Below are positions 1 to 7,371 of a stretch of DNA of 11,059 nucleotides, piece after piece. The DNA lies in assembly GCA_043754515.1 (NCBI GenBank), contig JAYUUO010000176.1, forward strand, positions 1-11,059, written 5' to 3'. The number at the start of each line of letters is the position of its first letter. Position 1 is the first letter of the stretch. A program made the translations under genes and the position numbers. Origin of the DNA: Armatimonadota bacterium (lineage in GTDB: Bacteria; Armatimonadota; Armatimonadia; Armatimonadales; Armatimonadaceae). Under the pieces are notes generated by a model that had not been told where the DNA came from, ran no database searches, and saw only the letters and a program-made list of their open reading frames with translations.

Positions 1-1
1 G

Positions 2-124
2 GACACCGTGCGCTCGTTCGACGAACTGCTCAAAGGCAACGGCGACGACATGCCGGAGCAGGCGTTCTACATGGTCGGAACGTTCGAGGAAGCGGTTGAA
101 AAGGCGCGCACGCTGAACGCGTAG
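2..124 (+). CDS. atpD: F0F1 ATP synthase subunit beta, C-terminal fragment (gene starts before the window)
   Basis: Frame 2 reads [40 protein letters not shown], matching the conserved AtpD C-terminus ([16 protein letters not shown]). TAG at 122-124. Not in the supplied ORF track. Confidence 0.95.
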   Translation, partial: DTVRSFDELLKGNGDDMPEQAFYMVGTFEEAVEKARTLNA

Positions 125-170
125 CGCGGTCTACCATCGGGCGCGGGGCTTCCTCGCACGGGGGGCCGTG

Positions 171-378
171 GCGGCACGTGTTCCCGCGGGTCTGCGACTA
201 CACGTCATCGGCAAAAAAGGGCGGGTAAAACCTCTTTTGCCGATTCGCCTGTTTAAGTTCCCCCGGAGTCGGCCGTACTTCGGACGCGGAGGGACGGCGA
301 CTTGCGCCGGAGTATCGGCAAGGTGTTCATTTCCCGGCGAGATGGCACCTTGCAGAAGCGGACTGACTTTTCTGCCGC
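171..378. ncRNA. Candidate structured non-coding element, copy 1 (homologous to 7463-7644)
   Basis: Possible closing stem GCGGCA(171-176)/TGCCGC(373-378). Hairpin ATCGGCAAAA(207-216)/TTTTGCCGAT(235-244). Long hairpins at 263-310 and 318-353. Shares CGCGGGT, CACGTCATCGGCAAAA, GCCTGT, CCGGA-GTCGG, GTAC, GGGACGG and CCGG in the same order with the reverse complement of 7463-7644. Confidence 0.55.
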
Positions 379-403
379 GTCCCATGTCACATGAGGAACG
401 GGG

Positions 404-419
404 AGTGAATAATGTCACA
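404..419. promoter_or_regulatory. CRP/FNR-family-like binding site
   Basis: AGTGA-ATAATG-TCACA is a 9/10 match to TGTGA-N6-TCACA, 11 nt upstream of the -35 box. Confidence 0.35.
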
Positions 420-430
420 ATCTTGATCTA

Positions 431-459
431 TTGACGCCAAGCGTTTGGTGTAATATAAT
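431..459 (+). promoter_or_regulatory. sigma70-type promoter for the 548..3412 gene
   Basis: TTGACG(431-436)-17 nt-TATAAT(454-459): near-consensus hexamers with optimal spacing. Confidence 0.8.
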
Positions 460-547
460 CCGTCTAATCTTTGCTATGAGGGAAAGATGTCTCGCCTCCT
501 CTACCCACCCGCCGATCGATAAAAGGCGTTAGTTTCGGAACCCCATT

Positions 548-3412
548 ATGACAACAAACTCAGCAAACCATTCGTCGCGATCTCTTGCCGAACCCCGAAA
601 TCGGATCCGGCTCAGCGGGGCACTGCTGTTGGGAGCCGCATCTGGGCTGATACTGCTTGCCCCAACACTCGCCCGCGCACAGTCGCAACCGATTCTAGCG
701 TGGGCATTGCCTGTTCCCACGGCTTCGCGCGAGAACGACAAAGACGCCGGACAACAGAGCGGCGTCAGCCGATTCCTGGTACCGTTCGCGCCCGGCGTGG
801 AGCCGCGCGATGTGCCCGGCTACTGGCTCGCGGGTTTGCACGACGACGACGAGGACGGACACGACGCCCAGATAGCCGACATAAGCAAGGTAGTGGCTGG
901 TCCGCTCGTCACGAAAGGGCGTAGCGTTAACTATCGGGTGCTACCCGTCGTGTCGAATACTCAAAATGATTGGCAGGATCGTACCTATCTTTCGCAATCC
1001 GCTCGGATTGGTGTCGGTGGTGCTCCACTTTTCGCGAACACCGGCGACTGGTTCGCGACCGGCCCCGCCGCGTTGGACAGCAACGGCAGTAACGGCATGG
1101 TTTCCGGGCGCGTCACGGCAATCGCCACGGACCCGACCGATGCAAGCACCTACTACGTCGCAGCGGCGGGAGGCGGACTCTGGAAGACCACGAACGGCGG
1201 CACCTCTTACAGCGCACTTACCGACGGCCAACCGAACACCGCGATGGGTGCCGTCGCCGTCGCGCCGTCCAACCACCAGATCGTTTGGGCGGGCACCGGG
1301 GAGGCGAACAACTCTGCCGACTCACGCGCCGGTTCGGGTCTGCTGAAGTCCACGGATGGCGGGGCGAACTGGCTTGTGATCCCCGGCCCGAGCAACGGAT
1401 TCGTGCGCTACTCGGTCTCCAAAATTGTGATAGACCCGACCAATGCGAACACCGTCTATGTCGGGTTTAACTTCGGGGTAAACGGCTTCAGTGGCAACGT
1501 GGGCGTCTGGAAGACGACGGACGGCGGCACGACTTGGGCGCTAGTGCTCACTGGCTTCATCTCCGATATATCCATTAACCCCTCGACCCCGCAGACCGTT
1601 TATGCCGCAGGGGGATATGCATTCGGGACTTCGTCAAATGGCGTCTACAAAACGACGAACGGCGGGACGAACTGGGCACTGGTGGGCTCATCGTTACCGA
1701 GTGGTTCGGGGACGGGACGGTTCGCGATTGCCCTCGCCCCTAGTGCGCCGAACACTCTCTACGTGAGTATTGCGAGAAACGGTACCGGGGGCTACGGACT
1801 TCTGGGTATGTATAAGACGACCGATGGCGGCACGACGTGGGCGCAACTTGCGAACGCGCCGAACTACCTGCGATCGCAAGGCTGGTACAACCACACCCTC
1901 GCGGTCAACCCCGCCAACGCCAACATTGTGTTCGGTGCCGGGGTCATCGCATACAATGGCATCTACGGTAGCGAACAAGGGGTTGTCGCCTCGACGGATG
2001 GCGGTACCACCTGGTATGACATGACATACGGTCAGAACCACAGTGGGCCGCATACCGATCACCACGCACTCGCGTTCACGGCGGGCGCGACTCCGAAGTT
2101 GCTCAACGGCAACGATGGTGGGGTCTGGATGCTGAACAACCCGAGCCAGGCGAGTTACATTCAGACGAGTGCCACTGATATTTCGTGGACGAACGTGAAC
2201 GGCAACCTGAACACGATTCAGTTCACCGGCGTGGCCGTGCATCCGACACAGACGGTCGCCTATGGCGGGGCACAGGACAACGGCACATCGAAGTATGATG
2301 GCACGTCGTGGGGGGAGGTCATAGGCGGCGATGGTGGTTTCACCAAGGTGGATCAGACGAATCCTCTGACCGTCTACCAGACATTTAATGGTACATCCAT
2401 ACAACGCTCGGACAACGGCGGCACCTCTTTTACCGATAAAAAGGGCGGACTCGGGGGTAGCGGTCTATTCTACAATCCGTTCATCCTGGACCCGGCAAAC
2501 CAGTCCGTGGTGCTCCTCGGCACCTCCAATCTTTACCGCTCCACGACGCGAGGAGATAGCTGGACATCCATCGCGAGCAACGGAGTGGGAGGGTATGGCA
2601 GTGCCGCTAGTATCACAGCCATCGGTGCCTACGACACCACGATCTACGCCGCGAACAAGGGCGGTTCGATCTACGCGACATCCACCACTGGCTTGAGCTG
2701 GGCGAGTGTCGCGCCGCAATCAGGCACGTGGAACGATATCTATGTCAACCCGAACTACCCGAAGGACGTCTATGTCGTGAACGGGAGTTTCACCGGAGCC
2801 TCCGCCGGACACGTTTTCCGCTCGGTCAACGGCGGGACGAACTGGACGGACATCAGCGGCACTCTGAAGGACCAACCGTACAATGCGATCAAACTGGATC
2901 AGAAGTCGGGCACGCTCTACGTCGGCGGCGACGACGGAGTGTACTACTCGAAGGACTTCGGCATGACCTGGCTCCGACTAGGCACAGCACTGCCGAATGC
3001 CCAAGTGGTAGACCTCGTCATCAGCCCTGTCAATGGCATCCTCGCGGCGGGGACACACGGACGCGGCATGTGGACGATTCCGCTCGACACCACGGTCGCG
3101 ACCCCGACGGTAAGTAGTGCTCCCGCGCTCACCCGCAATGCCTCCAGCCAGATCGTAGTTAACCTGACGCTTCGCAACTCGGGGAAGGCCGACTACACCA
3201 ACGTAACGGTCAACAGCGTCACAGTAAGCGGTCAGGCATGTACGCCCGTTGCCTACAACGTGGGAACTGTACCCGCCTCCGCCGCCCGCACCGACGCCGG
3301 TACCTATACCTCAACCGTCACGGCTGCTACAGGTACGCAAGTACCGGTTCGTGTTAAAGGCTCCAGTGCGCAGGGTAACTTCTCCTACTCCTATTGGATG
3401 ACCGCTCCGTAA
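548..3412 (+). CDS. Secreted BNR/Asp-box repeat beta-propeller protein (VPS10/GH74-like fold) with a ~108-aa C-terminal beta-rich domain
   Basis: 954 aa. Signal peptide (RNRIR + hydrophobic stretch + ARA|QS). About 11 Asp-box repeats (e.g. KTTNGGTSY, KSTDGGANW, KTTDGGTTW, RSDNGGTSF, RSVNGGTNW, YSKDFGMTW). Family-like motifs SGRVTAIA, AGTGE, HTDHH, GNDGG, QDNG, GGDGG, THGRGMW. Confidence 0.85.
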   Translation: MTTNSANHSSRSLAEPRNRIRLSGALLLGAASGLILLAPTLARAQSQPILAWALPVPTASRENDKDAGQQSGVSRFLVPFAPGVEPRDVPGYWLAGLHDDDEDGHDAQIADISKVVAGPLVTKGRSVNYRVLPVVSNTQNDWQDRTYLSQSARIGVGGAPLFANTGDWFATGPAALDSNGSNGMVSGRVTAIATDPTDASTYYVAAAGGGLWKTTNGGTSYSALTDGQPNTAMGAVAVAPSNHQIVWAGTGEANNSADSRAGSGLLKSTDGGANWLVIPGPSNGFVRYSVSKIVIDPTNANTVYVGFNFGVNGFSGNVGVWKTTDGGTTWALVLTGFISDISINPSTPQTVYAAGGYAFGTSSNGVYKTTNGGTNWALVGSSLPSGSGTGRFAIALAPSAPNTLYVSIARNGTGGYGLLGMYKTTDGGTTWAQLANAPNYLRSQGWYNHTLAVNPANANIVFGAGVIAYNGIYGSEQGVVASTDGGTTWYDMTYGQNHSGPHTDHHALAFTAGATPKLLNGNDGGVWMLNNPSQASYIQTSATDISWTNVNGNLNTIQFTGVAVHPTQTVAYGGAQDNGTSKYDGTSWGEVIGGDGGFTKVDQTNPLTVYQTFNGTSIQRSDNGGTSFTDKKGGLGGSGLFYNPFILDPANQSVVLLGTSNLYRSTTRGDSWTSIASNGVGGYGSAASITAIGAYDTTIYAANKGGSIYATSTTGLSWASVAPQSGTWNDIYVNPNYPKDVYVVNGSFTGASAGHVFRSVNGGTNWTDISGTLKDQPYNAIKLDQKSGTLYVGGDDGVYYSKDFGMTWLRLGTALPNAQVVDLVISPVNGILAAGTHGRGMWTIPLDTTVATPTVSSAPALTRNASSQIVVNLTLRNSGKADYTNVTVNSVTVSGQACTPVAYNVGTVPASAARTDAGTYTSTVTAATGTQVPVRVKGSSAQGNFSYSYWMTAP

Positions 3413-3423
3413 GAAATACGTGC

Positions 3424-3458
3424 CCCTGCCAGAGAAAGAACGATCTCCTCTGGCAGGG
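3424..3458. terminator. Intergenic hairpin (terminator or mRNA-stability element)
   Basis: Perfect 11-bp inverted repeat CCCTGCCAGAG(3424-3434)/CTCTGGCAGGG(3448-3458), 11 nt after the stop codon. No U-tract follows. Confidence 0.45.
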
Positions 3459-3533
3459 CGCTACGACACATCGAATCAAAACGACGGCTACCCGCCCCGT
3501 GTGGGAGGAGTGCCGGATTGGGACTCGCTACAA

Positions 3534-4070
3534 ATGAAACTAAGACATGTGCTCGCGGCGATGACAGGGATCGCATCGGTCGTGCTGACTCACGAGGCAA
3601 ACGCGCAATCACTAAACATCGTTTTTGACAACGCGACGCAGTTCGCGGTGCCCGGCTCGACTATATCGTTCGCCGGTAAAATTACCAACACGAGCGCAAG
3701 TAGCGTCACCATTCTTGGGGATGAGGTGATTACAGACGATCCGCTACTTACCTCGGATGATTCGCCTTTCTTCAGCCAGATACCGGCGACCGGGCTGGTC
3801 ATCGCGAGCGGAGCGACATTCCCGTTCAGCGGAAGTACCTCCTTGTTTAACATCACGGTGGCCGCCGCCACGCCGCTCGCGCAGAACTATACAGGTAGGT
3901 TCCGGATCGAGGGCGACCCGAGCCTAACCCAGCTAGGGATCGCGGGGTACAAAGTCGTGACGATAGCGGCGTTGCCGACACCCGAGCCGTCCACAATGAC
4001 CGCTACTCTGCTGGGGCTGGTGATGATCGGCGGCATCCGCTTCGCCACCCGACGTCGGAAAGCTGACTAG
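3534..4070 (+). CDS. PEP-CTERM sorting domain-containing protein (178 aa)
   Basis: ATG 3534 gives a clean signal peptide (MKLRHVLAAMTGIASVVLTHEANA|QS). C-terminus TPEPST + hydrophobic helix + RRRK is a PEP-CTERM signal. The track start at 3420 overlaps the hairpin and is unlikely. Confidence 0.85.
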   Translation: MKLRHVLAAMTGIASVVLTHEANAQSLNIVFDNATQFAVPGSTISFAGKITNTSASSVTILGDEVITDDPLLTSDDSPFFSQIPATGLVIASGATFPFSGSTSLFNITVAAATPLAQNYTGRFRIEGDPSLTQLGIAGYKVVTIAALPTPEPSTMTATLLGLVMIGGIRFATRRRKAD

Positions 4071-4104
4071 AGCCAGACGCCCAACGCAGTTTAATCCCGG
4101 TGGA

Positions 4105-4131
4105 GGCGTGGACAGTCAGCCTGTCCACGCC
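4105..4131. terminator. Hairpin between convergent genes, probable bidirectional terminator
   Basis: GGCGTGGACAG(4105-4115)-TCAGC-CTGTCCACGCC(4121-4131), an 11-bp perfect stem between the PEP-CTERM stop and the AraC stop. Confidence 0.6.
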
Positions 4132-4167
4132 CTTCTGCGCATTTTCTGAGAATCACAGAGCCGCCCC

Positions 4168-5004
4168 TCAGCCCGCGACCTCGCGCCACTGTGTCGGTGA
4201 CAGGCCGAATTGCCGCTTGAACGCGGTCGCGAAATACTGGCTGGACGCGAACCCGAACCGGTGCGCGACATCTGTGACGGTCGCGCCCGGCACGCGCAGG
4301 GCGACTTGCGCGGCCTGTAACCGGCGGCGAACGCGCCACTCCCCCGGCGTCTCCCCGACCTCGGACAAGAACCGTTCGACCAGGCGCGGCGCGGACAGCC
4401 CGACATGGCGCGCGACCTGCTCCACGCTGAGCGGCGCGGTCAAGTCCGCGCCGAGCAAGGCCCGCGCCGCCGCGACGGGCGGCGAGACCACATCCCTGGC
4501 GTCTTCGGTGCGTCCCGCATCCCGCAACACCTGGACGAGCAGGGCGTGTAACGTCGCGCGAGCGGCAAGTTCGCCGAACGGTAGTAGGGCGCGGTGTTCT
4601 ATCAGTAGTGATTCGTACAAGGACGCGACGGGCGACGAGCCGGGGAACACGCGCCGCGTTACTCCTGCCAGCGCGTCGCGAAACTCGGCTGGTAGCGCGT
4701 CGTCCGTCACCTGTGCCCAGAAAAGTTCGCAGGAGTGCATGACCGAGTGGACGCCGCCGTGTACCTCGCCGGGGCGGGTGATATACAGGTCGCCGCGCCC
4801 GAGCGTGTACGTTTCGTGTTCCACCCACCAGTCAACACGCCCGTCAACCAGGTAGCAGATTTCGTATGCGCCGGGGTGCCGGTGCGGGGCGAGCAGGGCT
4901 ACCGTCGCACTCTTAAACCGATCCCAGCCCAGCACCGGAAATTCCAGAAGTAGCGTGGCGGGCACCGTCTCCGTGCCGTATTCTTCTCGACCATCGGGTT
5001 TCAT
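4168..5004 (-). CDS. AraC-family transcriptional regulator with N-terminal cupin domain
   Basis: Cupin motifs PHRHPGAYEICYLVDG and PGEVH. C-terminal double HTH (LSVEQVARHVGLS...VTDVAHRFGFASSQYFATAFKRQFGLSPTQWR). Exact start uncertain. Confidence 0.92.
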   Translation of the reverse strand: MKPDGREEYGTETVPATLLLEFPVLGWDRFKSATVALLAPHRHPGAYEICYLVDGRVDWWVEHETYTLGRGDLYITRPGEVHGGVHSVMHSCELFWAQVTDDALPAEFRDALAGVTRRVFPGSSPVASLYESLLIEHRALLPFGELAARATLHALLVQVLRDAGRTEDARDVVSPPVAAARALLGADLTAPLSVEQVARHVGLSAPRLVERFLSEVGETPGEWRVRRRLQAAQVALRVPGATVTDVAHRFGFASSQYFATAFKRQFGLSPTQWREVAG

Positions 5005-5118
5005 CGTGTACGCTATTTTCCGCGAAACAGGGCGAACGCCGCGCGGGGTGAACGGCGGTACGCTCTAGATCCAGTCTATCCTGTTCCCGTCCTATTCTAT
5101 CCGAGAAGGTACCATCTT

Positions 5119-6042
5119 ATGTCTGACCGTGACACCGTTCTGTCCCGTTTCGATGCGCTGACCGACGCGCAAAAATCCGCGCTCCCCTCCGATGAAGAGG
5201 TCGCGCTCTACAAGAAGAGTGGCTGGTACAAGACCCGCCGCGTTTTCACCGACGCCGAGATTGACGCCGCGCTCGCCGCGAGCGACATCTACTACGAAGG
5301 CAAGACCGAGGACCCGTTCGGCGTCCGCGACGCCCTCGCCACCAAAGCGGGCAATAGTTTCCTGCCCCAGTCCGGCACGGACTACGGCGATAAACTGCGC
5401 AAAGGCGACTTCGCGTCCCGCGTCTCGACCGGCCTCGCCGCCCTGATCCAGCACCCATTGCTCGGCGCGATCGCGGCGCGGCTCGCGGGCGACGACGTCC
5501 GCCTGTGGCATGACCAGTTGCTCTATAAGCCGCACCAGCGCGGTGACATGAAAGCCAATGTCGGCTGGCATACGGATCGCGGCTACTGGAAGACCTGCTC
5601 GTCCACCAACCTGCTCACCGCCTGGATACCGTTCCACGACTGCGACTCGGTGATGGGCACTATAACGATGATTGACGGCTCCCTGCACTGGCCCGATAAC
5701 ACGTCGGGGCTTGACTTCTTCAGCAACGATCTCGAAGGTCTGGAAAGCAAGTTTAAGACGGGGGGCCAGGCGGTCGTCAAGGTGCCGGTAAACCTGCTAA
5801 AAGGCGAGGTGTCGTTCCACCACTGCCTGATGATCCATGGCTCCGGCCCGAACCTGTCCGACCGTCCGCGCCGCTCGATCGCGGTTCACATGCAGGACGG
5901 CGCGAACTGGTACCAGCCGTACACATTCGCGGACGGCCGCGAGGCGCATCACGACCTCGACTTTCTGGTGCGTCCTCAGGCGAACGGCGAACCGGACTAC
6001 GCGGACCCGGGGTTCAACCCGCTCCTCGGCGTGCGCGCGTAA
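5119..6042 (+). CDS. Phytanoyl-CoA dioxygenase (PhyH) family Fe(II)/2-oxoglutarate dioxygenase
   Basis: Motifs DQLLYKP, WHTD (HxD), TAWIPF, GSLHW, HGSGPN-x4-R-RS (distal His and 2OG-binding Arg). SD-like GAGAAGG upstream. Confidence 0.9.
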   Translation: MSDRDTVLSRFDALTDAQKSALPSDEEVALYKKSGWYKTRRVFTDAEIDAALAASDIYYEGKTEDPFGVRDALATKAGNSFLPQSGTDYGDKLRKGDFASRVSTGLAALIQHPLLGAIAARLAGDDVRLWHDQLLYKPHQRGDMKANVGWHTDRGYWKTCSSTNLLTAWIPFHDCDSVMGTITMIDGSLHWPDNTSGLDFFSNDLEGLESKFKTGGQAVVKVPVNLLKGEVSFHHCLMIHGSGPNLSDRPRRSIAVHMQDGANWYQPYTFADGREAHHDLDFLVRPQANGEPDYADPGFNPLLGVRA

Positions 6043-6059
6043 CGTCTGGCATCGTCGCT

Positions 6060-6083
6060 CTCCCGCCGCCCGCGCGGCGGGAG
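6060..6083. terminator. GC-rich hairpin after the PhyH gene
   Basis: CTCCCGCCGC-CCGC-GCGGCGGGAG, a 10-bp perfect stem 17 nt after the stop codon. Confidence 0.45.
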
Positions 6084-6109
6084 CATTATGGAGCGTCGTA
6101 TAATAAAGG

Positions 6110-6144
6110 AGTAGCCCCGGCACAGCGTGTCGGGGCTACTTTTT
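6110..6144. terminator. Intrinsic terminator, probably bidirectional
   Basis: AGTAGCCCCGGCAC-AGC-GTGTCGGGGCTACT (14 bp, one G-U) followed by TTTT on +. On - it is followed by CCTTTATTA. It lies between convergent genes. Confidence 0.8.
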
Positions 6145-6179
6145 GCTCTACCTAGCTGATAGCATCGCAACCATCGGGG

Positions 6180-6344
6180 CTACTTTTTATCGGCGACGGG
6201 TCGGGGCTTTGGCACGGTCTGGTAATCACCCTTGTGCGCGGGGGCACCTGCCTTTGAGTCCGATGGAGCACATCCCCCCGCCGCGCCCAAAGACACGGCG
6301 GTGATCACCAGCAGAACGAGGTAGCCGACTTTTGTTTGCGTCAT
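6180..6344 (-). CDS. Small putative lipoprotein, 54 aa (not in the ORF track)
   Basis: MTQTKVGYLVLLVITAVSLGAAGG|CAPSDSKAGAPAHKGDYQTVPKPRPVADKK*. Strong SD (AAGGAG) just after the prepilin stop codon. Basic N-terminus, hydrophobic core and lipobox-like AGG-C. Confidence 0.75.
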   Translation of the reverse strand: MTQTKVGYLVLLVITAVSLGAAGGCAPSDSKAGAPAHKGDYQTVPKPRPVADKK

Positions 6345-6362
6345 GATGGCTCTCCTTTCATC

Positions 6363-7181
6363 TCAGAATATCTGAGATTGACTGTCGCATTCACTGTAGC
6401 TGTTAAATAACTTGTCGTGTTGCTTGGCCCCCTTGAAGTAGCCGTAGTAAAGACCACCAACCGTGCCCGCCTCCGTTGCGCCCGGCTCCGTCACCTTCGA
6501 CCACTTCGAATGGCCGTCCGCGAAGGCGAAGTTCGTGCCCCCGTTGTGGTGGGGTTTGGGTGCGGCTGTATTCAGGTCGCCCATCCAGTCGCCGTAGCCC
6601 CAGCCGTTCGCCGATTGATTCCAATAGGCAGTGTACTTACCCGTAGCCGGATCTTTCTGGCAGTTGTGCCAGCTGAATAGGAAGCGTCCTTCGCTCATCA
6701 CGCCGATCTCCGCAGGTGCCGATAGGGACGCCAGAGCAGTCGGTTTATCGGTCGTCATGTCCTGATTGAATACCGGCTCGTTCAGCACGTAAGATACGTG
6801 ATACTGGTTCGCGGAATTGGTGCCACCCGGCGGATCATATCCCGGCGATCCAAAGGACGCTTCATCCGTCCCATTGCTAGGACAGTTGAATATAGCCTTG
6901 CTCTTCACATAAGGCTGGATCAAGTCCGTCCAGAACATCTCCTTGGCGGGGTCGCTATCGTTCCCGCCGTAGGCGGTGGCGAAATAGGTCTCGTCGTAGT
7001 CCTGCACGTATTGCAGGAGTGCGAGGCCGAGTTGTTTTCCGTTCGAGAGACATGATGTCTGTCGGGCCTTCTCGCGGGCGGAGGCAAACACGGGGAACAG
7101 TATCGCGGCGAGAATGGCGATGATAGCGATAACGACAAGAAGCTCGATCAGTGTGAAGCCACGTGCGTAGTTGCGGGTCAT
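6363..7181 (-). CDS. Prepilin-type N-terminal cleavage/methylation domain protein (DUF1559-like) with H-X9-DG motif
   Basis: [25 protein letters not shown], then [30 protein letters not shown], FNCPS and C-terminal [16 protein letters not shown] 7181 is preceded by SD GAAAGG and is preferred over TTG 7199. Confidence 0.93.
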   Translation of the reverse strand: MTRNYARGFTLIELLVVIAIIAILAAILFPVFASAREKARQTSCLSNGKQLGLALLQYVQDYDETYFATAYGGNDSDPAKEMFWTDLIQPYVKSKAIFNCPSNGTDEASFGSPGYDPPGGTNSANQYHVSYVLNEPVFNQDMTTDKPTALASLSAPAEIGVMSEGRFLFSWHNCQKDPATGKYTAYWNQSANGWGYGDWMGDLNTAAPKPHHNGGTNFAFADGHSKWSKVTEPGATEAGTVGGLYYGYFKGAKQHDKLFNSYSECDSQSQIF

Positions 7182-7341
7182 TTGGGCAAACCTTTCCAAT
7201 TCTTTTGATAGCAGACGAGTCAGTAACAGAGCAGGGAACCTGATACTCGGACGGCCGCGTCCCTGTGAACAATAACAGAGCGGACGGACAGTAGGAAGTC
7301 CGTCACCGAGACACTACGATGAATCTGAGTTCGGTAATGAG

Positions 7342-7371
7342 TATATACCACACCTCGTTCCGTTTGCGCAA
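7342..7371 (-). promoter_or_regulatory. Possible sigma70 promoter for the prepilin-lipoprotein unit
   Basis: Minus strand TTGCGC-18 nt-TATATA with an extended -10 TG. An overlapping TATACT lies at 7345-7340. Confidence 0.4.

Noticed and set aside
171..378. Element as a c-di-GMP-I or cobalamin riboswitch
   Set aside because: GGCAAA, GGGACG and CAGACCCGC fragments are present. However, the GNRA/receptor and GACGCAAAG core of c-di-GMP-I, and the GGGAA..GGTG..CCCCGC(A)ACTGT core of cobalamin switches, are missing from both copies.
374..383. GCCGCGTCCC repeated at 7254-7263
   Set aside because: A 10-bp GC-rich match is expected by chance in 11 kb, and the flanks do not extend convincingly.
131..434. 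ORFs 168..434 (+) and 131..418 (-) as atpC or other proteins
   Set aside because: No AtpC-like sequence, Arg/Pro-rich shadow composition, and they overlap the structured element and promoter.
1180..2980. Recurring nucleotide motifs (AAGACGACGGACGGCGGCACGAC-like) as a DNA repeat or CRISPR
   Set aside because: Explained by the protein-level Asp-box repeats; degenerate at third codon positions with irregular spacing.
4091..4855. Long alternative-frame ORFs (4091..4828, 4100..4855) and similar shadows over other genes
   Set aside because: They overlap a clear AraC gene, have no motifs, and are expected in high-GC DNA.
6099..6104. TATAAT immediately before the terminator as an sRNA promoter
   Set aside because: No -35 or extended -10. 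It is more simply the U/A-rich tail of the minus-strand terminator.
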